Positions 1 through 12,700 of a DNA stretch of 64,000 nt are shown here, in pieces; position 1 is the stretch's first letter, and each line of letters opens with the position of its first letter. A program made the translations under genes and the position numbers. The notes under the pieces are model-generated. The model saw only the letters and a list, made by a program, of their open reading frames with translations. It ran no database searches and was not told the origin of the DNA. Source of the stretch: Antedon mediterranea (taxonomy: Eukaryota > Animalia > Echinodermata); contig NC_092679.1 in NCBI RefSeq assembly GCF_964355755.1, positions 14,057,432-14,121,431 of the forward strand, given 5' to 3'.

Positions 1-415
1 AATGCATTTTTTTGGGGGATTTTTATATTCAAGTGCACCTTTTGTCATAAAAAGACGAGAATAGGCCTACTCGTGAATTATGGCCACAAAATTGACGTCG
101 CTGACACTACATCCATGTTGAACAAATTATTTTCATCTTCATCTGACAGATGACATCACACATAGCCCGACGATCCTTGTGATTTGATTGATCAAATTGA
201 AGCGAACAGTGCAGGCGAAAACGAAAAAGTTCCCATGGAGAAACTCTAGCGAATTCACGGGCGGAGCCTTACTAGTTCCGAATTCAACGCGTTCAAGTTT
301 GATTTGATGTTCACATTGAAATCGTCTGTCGCGGCAAAAGTACGGTTCGATTTTACGCTTGACGCGTGTCGCTTCGCATATAATTTGTTTAGTGTGTATG
401 CCTATCGGCCTTTAA
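1..415. mobile_element. Possible right end of a Kolobok-like non-autonomous DNA transposon
   Basis: Relatively GC-rich block ending in ...GGCCT|TTAA at 407-415, the same terminus as the TTAA-inserted element at 60105-60685. The left end is outside the window. Confidence 0.3.
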
Positions 416-791
416 TATTTATAGTTTGAGGATAATTAAACGAAGGCTTCTAATCAATGTTTTTAAACAATTAAAATTTACTAATAAGTTAAATAATGTT
501 TCTCGGTAATATTATTTTAGCATAAAAGACAACTATTTAGTTATTATCTAGGCTTGTATATCACTAATTGTCTATTTGATACTATTTCCATTGGGTTAGC
601 ATGTAGTAGTCAATACAAATACCCTTTAACAAACTCTCATTCCATTCATGGATTCATAACAAAGTAGACTAACAGGATTGATATTATCAATAATAAAGAA
701 TATAATTCTTTTAATTTATCACTATCATTTCGATAATGTTTATTAGTGAATGATGTAGGCCTAGATACAAAACAAAAAATAAAACACTCAC

Positions 792-3700
792 AGTGTACCA
801 TATATGTTTCCACGAAATATTGGAATTTCCGTAAGTCTATTATAAGCAAGATGTCTAAATAAGAATAAATAAAACATGCCATAACTATAATCATCTACGA
901 TTAAAGCAATTGCAAATTAAAGATATTATGTTATAGTGAGCATGTTAATTGTAGGCCTAATTAGCAAACAAACTGTTCTTTTTGTAAAATAACATATTAT
1001 TTAAGGTGAAGAAGACCCGTGTTACACAATAATGTTTAAAATCGAAAGTTCGAAATCTGAAAATAACAGTAGTGTAAGGTATAAATACTGACAACAATGT
1101 CTAGGCTGACTAGGCAAAGCTGCAGTTCATGTCACATGATTTATAAATAAAAGCTAGTTAGGCCCATGACAAACTGCCGTACATGGTAAGTTATTTAAGC
1201 TATATTCACTATCATTTATTTACAAAACAACGAAGTGGCATTGATTAATATGTAGAAGGATGCTCATTTTTTTTTTAACTGAAAATTACTTACAGAAGAA
1301 AAATACTATCCAATGCGACGAAGGCGTCTTTGTGTATAAAGCTAATATTGTTGTCTGCAAGTTTACTGAAAACAACAAAACAGACGTGCAATATTCTATA
1401 TATTATGTAACTACTTTTACGCTTAAAAGCATTGCTTTATGCAAACGCGACTCTATAGTTCACTATGTCGGTCGGTCGGTAGGTCCGTTGGTCGGTCTGT
1501 CGGCAGGTCGGTCGGTCGGTAAACACTAACTCAAATTTGCGCACGTGACTGGGCCAGCCATATATATGGCCTTGTTTCTCATAGTGACTGATCATCACGG
1601 TTGTGTTTTATTGAGGTTCAGTAATATCTTGTGGTTAGAGATCAGATAACAATTATGACGTAGAGGTTGTCTTTCGCTTAAAATATGTAATAATAATTAT
1701 AATATTAATCTAGTTTAATAATTCAATTACGTAGTAGTTTTGCTCATAAATGTCATAAATAGTGAAGTATTTAAATAACCCAAAATATAAAATAAAATGT
1801 TGACAAAAATCAGATATTCATTCTTCGAACCATGGTTCTTTTTTACAGAGGAGCGTGACCAAATTGTGCATTTTGCCATTTCAAGAACCATTAAATTTTC
1901 CACAATTTATTTTTCTATAAGCCAGCAGCAGATGCCCACCAGATAGACATTATGCAAGGTAATGAAATCCTGAATATAATATAATTGAATGCCATAAAGA
2001 AATAACATTTATGCAATTGTAATCCAGCTACATGGCCATTCTCCATAATCTTAAGAAGAATTTAAGGTTATTTGGTTTAAAAAATAGGCCGTTGGTGGTA
2101 TGCCCATCTATGGGAATGTTCGCTTCTTTTGTACATAATACTTACAGCATCAATATGTCGCCGCCTTGAAATGCTTTTGATGGGATACTTCGTAGTTTGT
2201 TATTAGCAAGATATCTATGGTATGGTATTGAGAAAATAACAGATTAGTCTTAAATATGACCCGAAGTTACTTTAGAGATGCAACCTTCAATCACCACAAA
2301 AAACTGGATAATACCAATGAGCACCATTTTACAAAAATTATAGATATCATCGAGTTAAATTAAAAAGATATTGACATTATAATAATTTAACATCTATCCG
2401 GGGGTTGTTTTATAGCATTTTTAAATATGACCCTGAAGTTACTTTAGAGATGCAACCTTCAATCACCACAAAAAACTGGATAATACCAATGAGCACCATA
2501 TTACAAAAATTATAGATATCATCGAGTTACATTAAAAAGATATTGACATTATAATAATTTAACATCTATCCGGGGGTTGTTTTATAGCATTTTTTAATGA
2601 ATTGTTTTCAATTATATTAATTATGATATAAAAATAAATTAAACATTTGCTTATAATGTAGTAATGTAGTATATAAAAGCCCATATATTTTACAATTTTT
2701 TATATTTTGTGGCCAGTAAAAATCGTAATTTATATAATATAGATCGGTGCCTTAAAAATATATATATGTCACATACATTTACAGATTTTAGTAAATCACG
2801 TGTAAATTCTAGAATTTTACTCAATAGTAAGCTGGTGGTAAATACTTTCGGTACAGTTTTTTCCACATAATGAAAAAATACTACATGAATGAACATTAGT
2901 TACTGATGATTAAAACGAATTTATTTTGTTCATTTGGCACAAATATTTGTCGATGCTGAAATATATCCACACACAACAATGCAACGATGCTTCGTTACGA
3001 GCTGTCTTCGTCTAACATTAGAATTCGCTAAAATTCGGCACCGCAATAACACTGTAATGGTAACTGGCAAACAATGTTTTTATATTTTTAAAATGTAATT
3101 TGACTATGTAGAATATACATTTGTTCAATTGATTAATAGCAGTGGATTGATAAAAGTCCTCTTCCATCCATCCATCCGTTACGCTATTCGTTTTGGGTAG
3201 ACAATAGCCACGTTCACATAAGATTTTATCGTGCTCTCGTATCGTGATATTGAATATCACGTTAGCAGGAAGAGCGTTCACATTCAATTCAATTCAATTC
3301 AATTTATTTTCATAAGATACATCATTGTGAAATAATATTACAGTGTTTTTTTTTTATAATTAGAATGCACTTATGCTGGAGAAACTTAAATAAGCCCGGA
3401 GGGCTTTATGGCTAGTTCCACCAGAAAAAAAAAATATAATTCAAAAAGTATATATAATAAATGTTTCAAAAGTAGTCAATAAATAAATAAATGAAAATAA
3501 AATATGAATAAATAAATAACAAGAATAAAGAAAAAAATAATAAACAATTTAAGCTACATACACAAGCACAACAAGACACAGGACAAAAACACGTGACAGA
3601 ACGAGGACAGAAGGGACGAAGACGCTGGACAAGAGTTAAAAAACTGGGTTAGAGAATAACGACTGAATTCTTAGGGGAGATCGATTGAATACTTTGATAC

Positions 3701-6700
3701 CAACGATGATTTGTAGCTAAACTTGAAGGATTCGAAAGAGCGGTTAGTTAGGGAGGTGTGAAAAGAATTCCATAAAATAGGGCCAGTGGATTTAATTGAG
3801 TTTCTTGCTGTGGAATGGTTATTGATTGGGATATATTTATTAGAGTTGCGGGTGTTATAATTGTGAACTTCGTTGTTTTTTGTAAAGAATCGGTTAAATG
3901 TGATAGGAAGTTTCTGATTACTAAATTTGTGCATGAACAAAGCAGTCTGTAAATTATTTATGTCGAAGATGTTAAGAGTTTTTACTTTGTAGAAAAGGGG
4001 TTTGGAATGAGTGAGGTGTTGGGAATGGGTACAGATGCGGATCGCCTTTTTTTGTAGTTTAAAAAGTTTGTCAAGTCTTGTTGTTTCTGTGCTAGTCCAT
4101 GGACAAAGTGTTTGGTGTTTTGAATGTGTGGCAGCCCAAGCAATGTTGCAATAATTAAGATGTGGCAGGATAAGGGTATTATAAAGGGAAAGTAAAATGT
4201 TTTGTGGGAAAGTGAATTTGAGTTTGTTTATTATACCTATAGATCGAGAGATTGTGTTGGAAATTGTATTAATGTGACGCTTCCAGTTCAGTTTGTTGTC
4301 AATTGTCACTCCAAGGAATTGAGTATGATCAACTTGTTTAATTAAAACATCGTCTATGAATATTTCGATGGGGTTTTCTTTAGATTTTTTACTATTTGAG
4401 AAGTGAATAAAGTTAGTTTTATCAATGTTTAATGAGAGTTTGTTAGTTTTGAACCAGTTTGAGACGTGGTGAATTTCGGAATTAAAAGTTGAAATTAATT
4501 GGTTAAGGTCGGGATGAGAAAGGAAAATATTGGAATCGTCGGCAAAAAGAACATAAGAAAAAGAACTTGAGGCTTGTTGGATATCATTGATGTAAATGAG
4601 GAAAAGGAGAGGTCCAAGTATAGATCCTTGGGGGACGCCACAAGTCATAGGAAGGCAGCACGAGGAGTGAGAATTAAAGGATGTGATTTGGGTTCGGTTG
4701 TGGAGGTAGTCAGAGAGTAGAGAGTAGGGAGTCCCACAGATGCCATAGTGGTAAAGTTTAGATAGTAAGATGGAATGATCAATTGTGTCGAAGGCTTTAG
4801 AAAGGTCAAGGAATAAGCCGATTGTGTGATGATGTTCAGAGAGGGCAGAGGAGATTTTGTTAAAGATATCGAGAACGGCAAGATCAGTGGAGTAGTTTGG
4901 TCTGAAGCCATATTGGTTGTCTTGAAGAATATTTTGATAAGAAAAAAAGTTAAAAAGTCTATTATATATAAGACGTTCGATTATTTTTGAAAAACACGAT
5001 AGAAGAGAGATGGGACGATAGTTTGCAAAAGAGTGAGGGTTTCCTTTTTTATAAATTGGGATAAGTTTTTAAGGCTGTAGGGAATTTTCCGGTAGACAAG
5101 CACAGATTGAAGATGTATGTTAACGGTTCCGAAATTAGAGGTGCAATGTCTTTAACTACTTTTGGAGAAATATCGTCAAGGCCCGGACTTTTACCGTTTT
5201 TGAATTTTGAGGTTATGTCAATAATTTCTTTTTTAGAAGTAGGAACGAAAAAGATAGAGTTTTTAATAGGGTCTTTTAGAATTGGATATCATGAGGTGCA
5301 ATGTTGCGTGACAGAGGTCAAACGTTGAGAACATGGTGTGTGACGCGGTGCGGTAGCTTGTTTGTTGGTTTGTTGTTGTTTGCGTTGCGCGAGTTCAGTT
5401 TTATACAGCAATTATCCGAAGATTTAAAAAAAAATTGAACGAAAGATTGCGATAACATCAAGCAGCTTGATTGGTTGAAAGATGGAGACGTCAAAAAGAA
5501 TATAACGCGCTGTCAAAATTATTGTTGTTGTTGTTGTTGTTGTTGGAGTCGTTGGCTTCCGGTTGGGTCGATGACCCATACATCACCCGATTAGCAACCG
5601 AGCGCTGATTGGTTGAATTTCGTCTCTTATAATGATAACTTCGTAAGATCATGATAATTAACGTGCTCTCCGAGAGCACGTTAGCCGGACTTAACGTGAT
5701 ATCCATGGATCACGTTAACGACTTCCTGCAGGTTCATATTGAACATCATGATAAAGAAACTCACGATCATTTCTGAATGTGAACCTAGCTATTGCGTACG
5801 CCAATTTTTTCCATGATAATAACTTAAAATAAATAAGTGCATCAACCTAGCAACGTGACCGATAAATACAAATAGCCAATAAATAGAAAAAGGTAAGTAG
5901 TACAAGGCTATGTATCTTTTTTACGGAATAAGAGCTAGACTTTCGATCGCCCTCTAGTGAGATTGTATAAACAGAAACAGTTATATTTACTAGATGGTAC
6001 GCTCGCTTCGCTCGCGTACCATCTAGGTCGTGCCCACAGATGGTTCTCGAATACATAATAATTTCAGCGTAAAAAAACTGGCGATTTCAAATGTACGTAC
6101 CGCAGGACAATAATACATGTCGTGTACAGGAACGAATAAATAGACACTGTGATTTATGTACTCAACTAAAATTAGCACCCTATTACTTCCGAAAGAGAAA
6201 CTTGTCACAAAATAAGACCAATTGTTTAAGTCAAATTTAAACAAACTTAATTTGTGTTTTGTATGTAACATTAGGGTTGAGGGATGGGGAAGAGGATGGG
6301 TGCAAAGAGGAACAATGTTAAAATATATTCTTTATCCATTTAGTAACGAAATATTAATTGCTTTCATGTTTTACAAATAATATACCACTAAACACAGTAA
6401 AACATTGCGATGTAATACTTTGTTGAAACTATCACCGTCCTAGTCGATTGAAATAGTACAGCACATGTAACGATACATCACTACGACGTGTATATGTTTA
6501 TAATATAATGTAAAACAATTTGTGAAAACCACCTCTATTCGGGGAAAATCATAAATTCGATTTAATCGTCAATAAATATTAAATTATCTAACTCAACTTA
6601 ATTAGTAGGCCTAATGGTTTTCAATTGTTTCTTAGAGCCAATTCATACTTAAGTTGGTTCCTACCCTACACAGCAAAATTTGAAATTCTAAGCAAGAAAA

Positions 6701-9700
6701 AAAAATCTTGTTTTAAGAAAAAATTCTTAAAATAAGTATTTTTTTTCTTGTCAAGATTTAAAATTACTTAAAACAAGAAATAATTTTCTAGAAAAGACAC
6801 ATTTTCTTAAATTAAGTTTTGCAATATTCTTGAAAATGCTTATTACAAGAAATATTTTACTTAAAATAAGAAGTCAATATCATTCTCTTCTTATTAAGAA
6901 TAGTTTTGCTTAAAACAAGATTTGAAAATACTTAATTTGAAAAGTATTTTACTTAAAATAAGAAATCTATATTATATTTATCCCTATCAAGAATAATTTT
7001 TCTTAAATCAAGATTGATGAATTTTAAAAATTACTTAAAACAATCAATATTTTTCTAGGTAAGACAAAGTTTCTTAAATTAGGTTTCGCAATAGTCTTGA
7101 AAATACTTGTTTTGAGAAATATTTTACTTAAAATAAGAAGTCAATTTCACACTACCCTTATCAAGATTATTTTTACTTGAATCAAGATTCGCAATATTCT
7201 TGAAAATGCTTATTACAAGAAATATTTTACTTAAAATAAGAAGTCAATATCATTCTCTTCTTATTAAGAATAGTTTTGCTTAAAACAAGATTTGAAAATA
7301 CTTAATTTGAAAAGTATTTTACTTAAAATAAGAAATCAATATTATATTTATCCCTATCAAGAATAATTTTTCTTAAATCAAGATTGATGAATTCTAAAAA
7401 TTACTTAAAACAATAAATATTTTTCTAGGTAAGACAAAGTTTCTTAAATTAGGTTTCGCAATATTCTTAAAAATACTTATTTTGAGAAATGTTTTACTTA
7501 AAATAAGAAGTCAATATCATACTATCTTATCAAGACTATTTTTGCTTAAATTGAGATTCGCAATATTTTAAAAAATACTTATTTTGAGAAATGTTTTACT
7601 TAAAATAAGAAGTCAATATCATACTATCTTATCAAGACTATTTTTACTTGAATCAAGATTCGCAATATTCTTAAAAATACTTATTTCGAGAAATGTTTTA
7701 CTTAAAATAAGAAGTCAATATCATACTATCTTATCAAGACTATTTTTGCTTAAATTGAGATTCGCAATATTTTAAAAAATACTTATTTTGAAAAATGTTT
7801 TACTTAAAATAAGAAGTCAATATCATACTATCCTATCAAGACTATTTTTGCTTGAATTCAGATTCGCAATATTCTGATTTTGAGAAATGTTTTACTTAAA
7901 ATAAGAAGTCAATATCATACTATCTTATCAAGACTATTTTTACTTGAATCAAGATTCGCAATATTCTTTAAAATACTTATTTTGAGAAATGTTTTACTTA
8001 AAATAAGAAGTCAATATCATACTATCTTATCAAGACTATTTTTGCTTAAATTGAGATTCGCAATATTTTAAAAAATACTTATTTTGAGAAATGTTTTACT
8101 TAAGATAAGAAGTCAATATCATACTATATCCTATCAAGACTATTTTTGCTTGAATTGAAGTCAATTCTATTTTAATATTCTGAAAAATACTTATTTTGAG
8201 AAATGTTTTACTTAAAATAGATTGTCATCCTTATATTCACACAACGGTAGAGCAGTTAGCACTTCAGTTTCAACTGATGAAAGAATCTGGGTAATCAAAC
8301 TGTTTGTGCTTTGAATAATCGATTGCACTGCAACCTAAAGAAAATAATATTGATTTAATATTTTTTATATTCAAGTTTTAATATGTTTAAAAACTAAGTT
8401 GTGCTTTAGTTGGGGAGCTATGCAGCCTAACAAAAAAAATGTTATTTGTAACAATGAAATTGGTCACAAAAAAATGCAACATAAACTTAGAGTGTATAAT
8501 GCCTAGGCCTAGGCCTAGTACCCAAGTCCTATAGTTACTATAGCTAATAGTCCTGTATAATAACAGTACCAGCAAGGCCTAGGAAATAGACGTATTTCTC
8601 TAATAAAAAATAGTTTAAAATGCATAATTGTTGTAATTTTAAAGCAAAATGGCTTACCTGTGGAATCTTGTTTCTCTCCTTTAATTTTAGTAGAAAGAAA
8701 TCAGCATTTTTTATACTATTATCTGCTTGTTCATCCTCTAGTTAGTAGGCCTTCTTGCTGAGCATCAACAAGATAATTAATATTAAACAATCATTAACAG
8801 TATAACAATACTAGAATTATCACTACTACTATCGTCAGTTGATAAATCATCCCCGTTATAATAGTTTTTTTCTTCATTAACTTCGTCAGTCTCCTAGTCT
8901 AGGCCTAGTTCTACTTCATCCTCAATTGGCATCCTCGTTTTCTCCAGGCATACTTATATACTGATGTTTCCATCGTCAACTGCAGGAGGTTGCCGATTGT
9001 TATACTCGTCCTTAAAATGGCGTCTTATGACATGCTTGTAAAACGAATTGTAAATTCCAAAGCTTGCCGGGCAGCGAACCACCAATTCCACATGTTACTC
9101 GAAAATTCGGAGTATTTCCATGAATTGAATTATAATGCCTTAGCAAATAGGGTAGCAAATACTGTACCTACTTCAGTTTACTGGCACCAACTTATCGCTT
9201 TTTTTCGGACTGCAACAAACATGTGTCATTATTATTGTCTGTCGTATTACTGTTGGTCCAGACGTTTTATAGATTTGCTTTAACCACCATGGAGGTTTAT
9301 ACCTCCATGCTTTAACGTTAAGCAGTATAATGACCTTATACATTCTGGGTAAAAGGCCAGCGATAATAGTTGAAAAACAACACTGTGTGTGGTCGATGAC
9401 CTAGCTCCCGGCGGGATCATGGCCAACGGTTTTTTAAAGTAATCATTCAAAATCTAGAGTTTGTAAGTACTGTAAAAGACACCTTTCATCGCAATTTATA
9501 TATTAAATGCTTCAATAGGCCTAGTAAGATTAGTCTAATATAATGTCGAAGGAAGACGCTTTGTTGAAGATCCGAGAAATAGATGAAGAAGTGGCCAACA
9601 TTTTAACAGGTTCGTAGGCCTAATAATTATATTTTAATCTACCAGCAGTCTAGGCCTAGCCTAGGCTCCTTCCTATTTAGTAATACTGTAGGCCTGGAAC

Positions 9701-12700
9701 TAGTAGGTCTAGGCTAGCCTACTATGCCTGTACTGACGGACAGGTGTATAGGTTTAGCTTAGCATTTTAGTTCAGACATTGACAGAGGGGACAAATATTG
9801 TCGGACCTATTTCAGCTAGGTATAAGGAAGGCCTAATAATAGATAATACAATTATAATGTAACAGTAATATTTTGCAATGTAGCCATGAAATATCTACGA
9901 AGGATTATATTATATACACATATTCCAATGAGAAATATAATGACATTTAAAAACACTTCTTTATATTTAATTAATTGTACACACTAAGTAATCCCCGAAG
10001 TGATCACATCGATATTGAAACTTAATGTTTTTAACTCTAAATTTTTAAAAAAACATACTAAAAAAACAAACAAAAAACATACGTACTGCATAACTAAAAT
10101 TGTTATATTAAATTTCTTTTTTTATCTTAAATTATTTGTTAGGTAATTGAAGAAGTTCGAAGGATACTAATTATTACTAGGCAAAGAGGAATGAAATACA
10201 AAAGAAAGCTTTTTAAAAAAGTGCTTAGCAAATTTTTCCAAAGAAGAGTATAATATAGTTTATTTTGGTATTTTAAAGAGAAACACCAGTCCTCCATCTG
10301 GTAAGTACAGTGTATGTTTTTGTACTTTTATCTATTCATAAATATTTTTATAATGGACCAATGGTAGTGAGGAAAATACGTGTACATATTGTGTACGTAT
10401 TTTTAACAGCTTGGTTCGACTCAAGCTAGTGTCATGCACTCCTCCCTTTGACAACTAAAATTAAATAAATGACTTATGAATATTAATTTTTGACATATTA
10501 ATGCTCTCCTGGCCAGCCCACCCTTTCCCCTTCCTTTTACATTGACCACCTACAAAACTGTAGGCTACATTATTAAAAATTTGAGCTACAGTATATCAAG
10601 TTTATGTCCATACATTATTCCACTCATTTAAATAAATTTATATAATATAATGTTTTCAATTTGTTATTTTTGGTTAGGTTCAAAGATAACCCATATGTTG
10701 TCAAATCTGTCAAACATATTTGTTGGGAAAAACTCATCAAAAAAAGTCTGCCGACCTTGAAGGTATTTAGTGTTTTTTAAAATTTAAAATACAAGTAACA
10801 TTATGTACATTAAAAAAAAATATCTTAAAGTGTTTTTTTTAAATCAAATTTATCTTAGCTTAAAATTCGAGGTATATACTATGTTTACAATAATTTATTA
10901 AAATCAAACAATTAAACAAAATTTACATTTAATTGTATGATTGTTATTATAAACATTGATACAGAATAAAAACATCAATCAGGATTGAGCACCGTTTTGC
11001 CTAAATAGTAATATTAAAAATAAATTTAGACCCTAATAATTTAACTAAAAATAATAGATACAGCCAGGCCTGTCTTTGGGATCGGTATAAACAGGGCAAA
11101 GTTTGTGATTAAAAAGTTCAAATGCATATTCCACCCACCCTTATGTCTTATAATGTAAAATTATTCTTACCACCGTTCTAATATTGCGTCATGTTTTTGT
11201 GTTTACCGCCCCAGATATAGGACTCTAAAACCACACCGTACCCAATTAGTTGATGATGTTACACATATTTTAAATACAGTAATAACTAAAACTATATTAA
11301 TCTCTTTTCATTTTTAGGAACATGAATAAAGATCCAGAATCCTGGTCTTCACGCCGATCAGGTAATATGCCGGTATTGCTTTTGGACACAGAAATGGCCT
11401 ACATTAAAGTTTAGCAAACAATTCTAACTACAAAGAAAGCAAAATTAGATGAGGCTCTAGTTACTCTCCTCTCCACTTTTTACCTTCTGGATTTCGATTA
11501 TCCAAAATGAAAAGAAGTAGGCCTCACTATCCTTTAACAGTTAGTGATTTGTGATGAAAACACACCTGTACACTTGACAAAGGCTGTTGAATCATCATTA
11601 GTATACTACATTAATAAATTTAAAGACACCTAATAGTTTAAAGCCCAGGTGCGGGAGAAGAATTTTACGAAATTTGTATTTTACCATTTTAATGTTTTTA
11701 AGTTTTCTTTTGATGGCATTTTATTATTAATAAAAACAAGTTTGTTTTAAAGAAGTTGTATATATTATTGTACCTAATGTCATGTAAATTGTAGTTCTTA
11801 ATGAAAATAACAGTATTGTTAATATTATGTTTTATAACATTCTTGAATTTATTTGTTTAAGTAAAATATTACTTAAAATGAGTATTCATTTATCGTTCTT
11901 AAAATAAATTTTTAGTGATTTATATTTTATAGAATTCTTGTTTCAAGCAATTTTTTTCCCAATATAAGTAAGAATTTACGAATTTTAATTTGATAGAATT
12001 CTTGTTTCAAGCAATACTTTTCTTAAAATAAGTAAACATTTACTGGTTTTTATTTGATAGACTTCTTGTTTACTTATTTTAAAAAAAGTTTTGCTTGAAA
12101 CAAGAATTCTACAAATAAAAATCGGAATATTCTTACTTATTTTAAGAAATATATTGCTTGAAACAAGAAAACTAAAAATATAAATCGGAATATTCTTACT
12201 TATTTTAAGAAAAATATTGCTTAAAACAAGAATTCTAAAAAATACAAACCGGAATATTCTTACTTATTTTAAGAAAAATATTGCTTGAAACAAGAATTCT
12301 ACAAATAAAAATCGGAATATTCTTACTTATTTTAAGAAATATATTGCTTGAAACAAGAATTCAAAAAATACAAATCGGAATATTCTTACTTATTTTAAGA
12401 AAAATATTGCTTGAAACAAGAATTCAAAAAATACAAATCGGAATATTCTTACTTATTTTAAGAAAAATATTGCTTGAAACAAGAATTCAAAAAATACAAA
12501 TCGGAATATTCTTACTTATTTTAAGAAATATATTGCTTGAAACAAGAATATTAAAATTAAAAATCGGAATATTCTTACTTATTTTAAGAAAAATATTGCT
12601 TAAAACAAGAATTCTAAAAAATACAAATCGGAATATTCTTACTTATTTTAAGAAAAATATTGCTTGAAACAAGAATTCTACAAATAAAAATCGGAATATT

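Noticed and set aside
3273-5786. GTTCACATTCA / TGAATGTGAAC inverted pair as a MITE hosting the LINE
   Set aside because: Only an 11-bp match, partly overlapping the LINE tail, with no TSD. Plausible but not supportable.
6167-6245. Possible extra LRR exon in the 12-kb intron
   Set aside because: The candidate is 79 nt (frame-breaking), has a weak donor and matches the LRR pattern poorly.
6669-6680. CACAGCA terminus as an RSS-like Transib/ProtoRAG end
   Set aside because: The flanks give a 2-bp TA duplication, not 5 bp (CCCTA vs TACCA). There are no RAG1/Transib motifs and the internal remnants fit EnSpm.
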